Virus record (IMG/VR): IMGVR_UViG_3300030207_000688
Location: 1-40,645 of that record
Source: a virus
Lineage: Duplodnaviria; Caudoviricetes
Length of the DNA stretch: 40,645 bases
Direction: 5' to 3' (one strand)
Within the stretch, counting starts at the first letter, position 1. Each line of letters opens with the position of its first letter. The notes under the pieces are model-generated. The model ran no database searches. It saw only the letters and a program-made list of their open reading frames with translations, and was not told the origin of the DNA. The translations under genes were made by a program, and so were the position numbers. This document shows positions 35,339 through 40,645 of the stretch, in pieces.

Positions 35339-36073
35339 ATGAACAAAAGAATAGCAGCAATAGATGGAGATATGGTCGTGTACCGAGCAGGGTTTGCTTC
35401 GGAGCAGGAGATAAAATGGGAAGATGATATCTGGACACTTCACAGTTCTGAGGCAGACATGAAAGTAATTGTACAAGACATGGTTGATTACTCAGTGGAT
35501 CAAACAAAAGCAGACGATTATGTCATGGTGTTTTCGGATGCTCGCAACTTCCGCTACAACGTTTTCCCTGAGTACAAAGCAAACAGGAAGAACAAAAGAA
35601 AACCTCTAGGCATTGCTTCGATAACTCAATGGGCTTTTGAAAATCACAACGGAATACGAAAAAACAATCTGGAAGCAGACGATGTGATAGGTATCCTTTG
35701 CTGCTCCAATGACAACTATGTTGCAGTCAGTGGTGACAAAGATTTTGGTACACTCAACTGCGAGTGGTTTAATTTCCTTACAGCAGAGACAAGTTACACG
35801 ACAGAAGAGGAAGCAGATTATAATCACCTTGCACAAACCCTATCAGGAGATACAGTAGATGGTTTTTCTGGAGCCAAGGGTATTGGAAGTGTGACAGCAA
35901 ACAAACTATTAGATAAGCATGGAGCCACTTGGCAGACAGTAGTTGATGCTTATGAATCAAAAGGACAGACAGAAGAAGATGCTTTGATGAATGCAAGGTT
36001 GTCTTACATCCTGAGAAATCCAAACGAATACAACGAAAAAGAAGGAGAAATTAGACTATGGATGCCAAAGTAA
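35339..36073 (+). CDS. 5'-3' exonuclease, T7 gp6-like
   Basis: IDGDMVVY, YKANRK, LEADDVIGI, SGDKD and GDTVDGFSGAKGIG motifs. Confidence 0.94.
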   Translation: MNKRIAAIDGDMVVYRAGFASEQEIKWEDDIWTLHSSEADMKVIVQDMVDYSVDQTKADDYVMVFSDARNFRYNVFPEYKANRKNKRKPLGIASITQWAFENHNGIRKNNLEADDVIGILCCSNDNYVAVSGDKDFGTLNCEWFNFLTAETSYTTEEEADYNHLAQTLSGDTVDGFSGAKGIGSVTANKLLDKHGATWQTVVDAYESKGQTEEDALMNARLSYILRNPNEYNEKEGEIRLWMPK

Positions 36074-36423
36074 TTGAAAGAAAACCACTGCCTGATAGCG
36101 GAGGAAGAACTGAGTTTGAAACAGGATCAGTAAGAGATTCTATGGAAGGGAAAGGTTGTCCAAACCAACTGCCCATAGCAGCGTTAAAGGCAGCAAGTCG
36201 TAGGTTCGAATTAGGCAGTTACAAGTATGGTGAACGCAATTGGGAGAAGGGTCAGTGTTTCAGTAGATATATCGATGCAATTTACCGACATCTCTGGGGT
36301 TTCATGGAAGGGTGTGAAGAAGAGGATCATCTTAGTGCAGTTATCTGGAATGCCATGTGTTTGTATCAAACTGATGAATGGATAAAGGAAGGTAAGTTAC
36401 CCAAGGAATTAAGGGATATTTGA
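36058..36423 (+). CDS. dATP/dGTP diphosphohydrolase domain protein (DUF5664-like)
   Basis: FETGSVRD..EGKG, GSYKYGERNWEKG, YIDAIYRHL and EDHLSAVIWNAMCL motifs. Confidence 0.82.
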   Translation: MDAKVIERKPLPDSGGRTEFETGSVRDSMEGKGCPNQLPIAALKAASRRFELGSYKYGERNWEKGQCFSRYIDAIYRHLWGFMEGCEEEDHLSAVIWNAMCLYQTDEWIKEGKLPKELRDI

Positions 36424-36445
36424 ATTTACGACTGTATATAATAAA
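36423..36445 (+). promoter_or_regulatory. Phage RNAP late promoter (T7 phi6.5 position)
   Basis: Exact copy of the 23-mer at 23109-23131; intergenic, at the boundary between replication and late genes. Confidence 0.78.
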
Positions 36446-36463
36446 ACTTTACTTTTTATATAC

Positions 36464-36727
36464 ATGGCAAAAAGGAAAAGAATCAAGCTTACTAGCAAAC
36501 ATAAAGACCCAAAAGGGGGACTAAATGCAGCAGGAAGACGAGCAGCAAAACGCCAAGGGAGTAATCTTAAACCTCCAGTTTCATCAAAGCAAGCTAAAAG
36601 AAGCCCAAAGGCTGCTGCAAGAAGAAGATCTTTTTGTGCTAGAATGGGCGGAGTTAAGGGACCAATGAAAGATAAGAAGGGAAGACCAACTAGAAAAGCT
36701 TTAGCCCTGAGAAAATGGGACTGCTAA
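36464..36727 (+). CDS. Small highly basic phage protein (DUF6321-like)
   Basis: 87 aa; KDPKGGLNAAGR...NLKPP...RRRSFCARMGG...ALRKWDC pattern. Confidence 0.8.
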   Translation: MAKRKRIKLTSKHKDPKGGLNAAGRRAAKRQGSNLKPPVSSKQAKRSPKAAARRRSFCARMGGVKGPMKDKKGRPTRKALALRKWDC

Positions 36728-36736
36728 ATAAAACAA

Positions 36737-36913
36737 ATGAGTTTATACGAAAACATTCACGCTAAACGCAAACGCATCAAAAGAGGAAGCGGAGAAAAAA
36801 TGAGAAAAGTAGGATCAAAAGGCGCACCAACAGCTAAGAATTTTAAAGAAGCTGCTAAGACTGCTAAGAAAAAAAAGGGTCGTAGTAAGCTGAAAATAAA
36901 GAAGGGATATTGA
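36737..36913 (+). CDS. Small highly basic phage protein
   Basis: Manual translation (58 aa): MSLYENIHAKRKRIKRGSGEKMRKVGSKGAPTAKNFKEAAKTAKKKKGRSKLKIKKGY; fills the gap in the operon. Confidence 0.8.
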   Translation: MSLYENIHAKRKRIKRGSGEKMRKVGSKGAPTAKNFKEAAKTAKKKKGRSKLKIKKGY

Positions 36914-36920
36914 CCAAAAG

Positions 36921-37109
36921 ATGGATAAGCCTTTTCCTTTAGTATCGAGCGATCTTGTAGAAACTTTGGATGATATTTTTCCTCCAAAAGAATTTGGACC
37001 GACAGACGAACTGAGGGATATGGATTATTACTTTGGTCAAAGAAATATCATTAACTATCTTCGAGCTAAACTAGCAGAACAAAACGAAAACATATTAAAT
37101 AACGAGTAA
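36921..37109 (+). CDS. Conserved small protein of T7-like phages (gene 6.5 position)
   Basis: 62 aa; LVETLDDIFP...YYFGQRNIINYL pattern; synteny. Confidence 0.75.
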   Translation: MDKPFPLVSSDLVETLDDIFPPKEFGPTDELRDMDYYFGQRNIINYLRAKLAEQNENILNNE

Positions 37110-37115
37110 CACAAC

Positions 37116-37322
37116 ATGTGCCTATCAAGACCTAAAATGCCTCAACCTCAAGCACCTCCCTCGCCTCCTCCACCTCCTACCGAAATGGCAGAAGAAGTCA
37201 TTAACAAAGCGGATAAAGACAGAAGGATGAAAAAGAGAAGAGGCACAAGCGATCTTACTATTCGTAGAAACACATCAATTTCAACCCCAAAATCAGGTAC
37301 AGGGTCTAATGTGCCTTACTAA
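37116..37322 (+). CDS. Virion protein, T7 gp6.7/7.3-like
   Basis: 68 aa; MCLSRPK start, Pro-rich linker, basic RGTSDLTI segment. Confidence 0.7.
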   Translation: MCLSRPKMPQPQAPPSPPPPPTEMAEEVINKADKDRRMKKRRGTSDLTIRRNTSISTPKSGTGSNVPY

Positions 37323-37351
37323 TTTTTAACTACAGGAAAAATAAAACAGAC

Positions 37352-37678
37352 ATGGACGTAACTAATATAAACATTGCAAGTTCTGGTGCTTTGGATGGCA
37401 ACGGCAACGGAGTACTTAACGCAACAACCACTCCAAAGATTAGCCCACTAAAGGGGGGAACTTATTGTTTTCTGGCTTCTGGAGCTATTCCTGCTTCTGG
37501 CTGCACTCTAACTTTGCAACACAAAGTTGGAGCAAACTATATCGATATTGGAGATGACGCAGTACTCACTGGACCAGGAGGTTGTGTGTTTACTACATCT
37601 CAATCCGATATCCAGTTAGTAATTGCAGGAAACAACGCAACAGCAAACAGCATCGACGTAGTAATCGCACCAGTATAA
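37352..37678 (+). CDS. Small beta-rich virion protein, candidate spike base
   Basis: 108 aa, Gly/Ala/Thr-rich with a beta-strand pattern, 6 nt upstream of the giant fibre gene. Confidence 0.6.
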   Translation: MDVTNINIASSGALDGNGNGVLNATTTPKISPLKGGTYCFLASGAIPASGCTLTLQHKVGANYIDIGDDAVLTGPGGCVFTTSQSDIQLVIAGNNATANSIDVVIAPV

Positions 37679-37684
37679 GCAGTA

Positions 37685-40645
37685 ATGGCTAGACGCATCA
37701 TAGCAACCAAAGACAACACGATAACCTCGCAAGGCACTGAGCCTCTTTCGAGAGAAGTAGCAAGACCTATTTTTGGAGAATCAGTTCTAGCCATTGATTA
37801 TAACTTTGCTGAGAAGGACTATCTCGATGACGATATCACTTTCAGCAGGTCAAGTGGTGCTACACAGCGCAACAAAGAGGGTAAGGTGGCTTTTGCTCCA
37901 CACAACCTGTTGATTCATTCTGAAGCTTTCGATCAGTGGGGCAACGCAGCAGTAGCAACTGCAAACACTCACCCAAACCCCATTGATGGTTTGATTACGG
38001 CTGACACAGTTGGCTCTAATGGTGGCGTTAAGCATAGAACTATTAGTGTTACACTCCCCCAAGCTGACACTTACATATTTTCAATTTATTTAAAACGCAA
38101 AACAGGCACGGGAATTATTCGTATAGGTGACTTTACAGATGGTACTAACGAGGTAGCGGTTACTGATGAGTGGCAAAGATTCTCAAGGACTGCAACTTTA
38201 GCAGCAGGAGCGCATACATTCACACTGCGAATTGATACCACTGATGACGAAGTCTACGCATGGGGCGCACAAGTCGAGCGTAGACTTGACGGAGGAACAA
38301 CTCCAACTGACTACAACAAAACCTCTGGAGCAGTCTATCAAGCACCTCGCTTCGACTACGACAAAGACGGAAATAGCAAGGGGCTTTTAATTGAAGAGGG
38401 GAGGACGAATTTATTTAAATATACCGATTTATCTAACTCTTCGTCAGACGGATGGGATTGGCTAATTTCGGGATCAGGCACAACGATTGCAAATGCAACA
38501 ACTGACCCAACAGGCGGAAACAATGCCGTTAAAATTATTGCAAACACAAATAATACGTTAAAGCTGTTTAGTGTAAATTCAGTCCCGACTGTTTCTTCGG
38601 GAACAACAGTCACAGCTTCTCTGTACGTTAAAAACGCAGGAGGACGATACGTTGTCTTTTATCTTAATGACAGCGGTAGTAGAATGTTGCGAGTTGATCT
38701 TCAAACAGGACAGATTACTAGTAATTCGGCTGACTCAGGAACTATAGAAGCTCTCGCAAATGACTGGTATCGAATTTCTTTTACAAGAACTTTAGATGCT
38801 AACTTAGGAAGCGTTTTCATTAGCCCCTCTTTAAATGGTCAAGATGTTTCTTTTGCAGGAGATGGATCAAACGGAATATTTGTCTGGGGCGCACAATTTG
38901 AGCAGGGTTCCTTCCCAACATCGCTCATACCAACCTACGGAGCTACTGCAAGTCGTTCGGGAGATGTAGCTAAAGTAGACAGTCTTGCGTTCAGTCGATT
39001 CTATAAACAAGGAACAGGGGGAGCTTGGCTTGTTGATTCTACTGAATTAGCTGAAGATAGAACCACTCCATCAAGTCCATTTCTAGTATACGAAAGTAAT
39101 GGTTCTAAATTGAGGGTAGGTCCAAAAATTGGTGGAGGAGCTACCAACACAATCGCTGCCTATTATCAAGATGGTGGTGACATGATTTATAGTGCAGGAT
39201 CGTCTTTAGGAACTGTCACCAAAGGCGTTAAGTCTAAGCTAGGTATTACCTTCCAAACAAACGACGGAGCATTTACTCGTGATGGGAAGAACCCAAACGT
39301 TGACACAAGCATCGCAAATATTTATTCACCGACTGTACTGAGACTTGGGGGCAATGGATCAGGCACTACAGTCTTTTGTGGTCACATCGCTAGACTTCGT
39401 TATTACAATAAAAGAATTTCAAACAACAAACTAAAGAAGGAAACAGATACACCTTTCTTATTAAACAAATACCCAAGAGCCAAAGCAGCACACTCTTTAA
39501 GGGCTTTAATGGATGACTCAGCTAACTCTCCAGTTACCAGGATCAGAAGAGAATACGATAGCTACGAGGCAGATTATACGGCTGCTCAAGTAAGTAATGG
39601 AGACTTGGAAAAGGACTTTAGGAGTACCGACCAAACCACATTGCCACTCGATGTAAGTGTCGAAGCTGATGAAATGATCGTGGGTGGAGACTTTACGGAA
39701 AAGGTAACCAACGGAGGATTTGATTCAGATAGCGGTTGGACAAAAGGATCTGGAGCGACCATTGGATCTGGAGTTGCTACGATTGCAGTAACAGGCGGTG
39801 GCTACACCTACATTAAGCAGAACCTTACTTACGTAGCAGGAAGAAAATATACAGTCATAGCTACAGTTAATGGAACTTCTAGTAAGCAGGTACGTATTTT
39901 AGATCACGGATCGAACCAAGGAGGATTACAGGACACTCAAACATTAACTACTTTAAATGGAAGCGATCAAACATTAACATTTAATTGGACAGCAAACAGC
40001 AACTCAGACTCTATCCAGTTTGACAGAGTGGGTACAGGCGATTGGTCTTTTACAGTAGACAACGTATCCGTAGTCGAGGGGAGTTGGAGTTTAGGAACTC
40101 ATTTTAGAGTTGCTGAAGAAGGCAATCGAATTGAAAGGTTTGCAGGAGGGAGTTCCGAAAATTCAGCGTTTACTCAGACCATTCCAATAAAGAAAGGGCG
40201 TACATACAAAGTTGAATATGATGTTACTCACACGAGCGGAAACAACTATACTAATGTCTACATCAATACTGGTAATGGGTATATCACCACGAATCAGTTA
40301 AACGGAAGTGGTCATAGTTCGGATACATTTTTAGCCCTAACGAATGGAAACTTGTTGATGCAATTTTATGGCATTGGTGACTTTCGTGGCTTCTGGGACA
40401 ACGTCTCAGTCAAAGAGGTCAACCCAATAGCAACGGGCTTCTCTACTCGTAAGATCAATTCGAGTTACACTGGAAAGGCAATGCGTTGCAGGAATCAGGG
40501 AAATGTTGAGGTCGAGGTAGGCTTCGACTCTAACAATGAGATAAGCCTGAGTAGTCCTGTTACAAACACTAGCCAAAACCTTCTTGCATACAGTGAGGAC
40601 TTTGGGCAATGGGGCTACCACTCAACATATACACCAACACTTCAG
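37685..40645 (+). CDS. N-terminal half of giant multi-domain glycan-binding virion fibre/spike protein (open to window end; continues at base 1)
   Basis: Manually translated: 987 stop-free codons from ATG 37685 (MARRIIATKDN...). Contains ITFSRSSGAT, APRFDYD..GLLIEEGRTNL, WGAQFEQGSFPTSLIPT, GHIARLRYYNKRIS and AAHSLRAL..TRIRR. Absent from the ORF track because it has no stop inside the window. Confidence 0.9.
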   Translation, partial: MARRIIATKDNTITSQGTEPLSREVARPIFGESVLAIDYNFAEKDYLDDDITFSRSSGATQRNKEGKVAFAPHNLLIHSEAFDQWGNAAVATANTHPNPIDGLITADTVGSNGGVKHRTISVTLPQADTYIFSIYLKRKTGTGIIRIGDFTDGTNEVAVTDEWQRFSRTATLAAGAHTFTLRIDTTDDEVYAWGAQVERRLDGGTTPTDYNKTSGAVYQAPRFDYDKDGNSKGLLIEEGRTNLFKYTDLSNSSSDGWDWLISGSGTTIANATTDPTGGNNAVKIIANTNNTLKLFSVNSVPTVSSGTTVTASLYVKNAGGRYVVFYLNDSGSRMLRVDLQTGQITSNSADSGTIEALANDWYRISFTRTLDANLGSVFISPSLNGQDVSFAGDGSNGIFVWGAQFEQGSFPTSLIPTYGATASRSGDVAKVDSLAFSRFYKQGTGGAWLVDSTELAEDRTTPSSPFLVYESNGSKLRVGPKIGGGATNTIAAYYQDGGDMIYSAGSSLGTVTKGVKSKLGITFQTNDGAFTRDGKNPNVDTSIANIYSPTVLRLGGNGSGTTVFCGHIARLRYYNKRISNNKLKKETDTPFLLNKYPRAKAAHSLRALMDDSANSPVTRIRREYDSYEADYTAAQVSNGDLEKDFRSTDQTTLPLDVSVEADEMIVGGDFTEKVTNGGFDSDSGWTKGSGATIGSGVATIAVTGGGYTYIKQNLTYVAGRKYTVIATVNGTSSKQVRILDHGSNQGGLQDTQTLTTLNGSDQTLTFNWTANSNSDSIQFDRVGTGDWSFTVDNVSVVEGSWSLGTHFRVAEEGNRIERFAGGSSENSAFTQTIPIKKGRTYKVEYDVTHTSGNNYTNVYINTGNGYITTNQLNGSGHSSDTFLALTNGNLLMQFYGIGDFRGFWDNVSVKEVNPIATGFSTRKINSSYTGKAMRCRNQGNVEVEVGFDSNNEISLSSPVTNTSQNLLAYSEDFGQWGYHSTYTPTLQ

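Noticed and set aside
627-40621. Numerous short minus-strand ORFs in the track (e.g. 1116..1412, 18814..19224, 22482..22814, 32522..32890)
   Set aside because: They are antisense shadows of clear + strand genes, with no motifs; T7-like genomes are transcribed from one strand.
37685-40645. Diversity-generating retroelement acting on the fibre
   Set aside because: No reverse transcriptase gene and no ~100-nt TR/VR near-duplicate were seen.

Overview
The window is an apparently complete, circularly permuted, AT-rich T7-like podovirus genome (Autographiviridae-type, resembling integrase-carrying marine T7-like phages), with all credible genes on the + strand. The probable physical ends lie in the non-coding stretch at about 23100-23770. 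From there the order is: early genes under host sigma70-like promoters, tyrosine integrase, single-subunit RNA polymerase, SSB, endonuclease I, primase-helicase, C5 DNA methyltransferase, family A DNA polymerase, exonuclease and dATP/dGTP diphosphohydrolase. The late operon then follows: small basic proteins, a ~2036-aa glycan-binding fibre that runs in frame across the window end/start junction, portal, scaffold, holin/spanin-like genes, major capsid, tail tubular A/B, internal virion proteins, a short gp17-like protein, holin, both terminase subunits, an amidase and a HEXXH protein. Four observations stand out. (1) The methyltransferase is encoded as two almost fully overlapping same-strand ORFs in different frames (M.EcoHK31I-like alpha/beta). 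(2) A putative ~70-nt self-terminating sRNA upstream of the integrase has a loop complementary to an AACTACCA motif in the translation-initiation regions of several early genes and the integrase, in a phage with no recognisable CI repressor. (3) The giant fibre has a domain-inside-domain ('matryoshka') architecture. (4) A 23-bp perfect repeat looks like the cognate phage RNAP promoter. All family assignments come from motif recognition and synteny by eye; no database searches were run.
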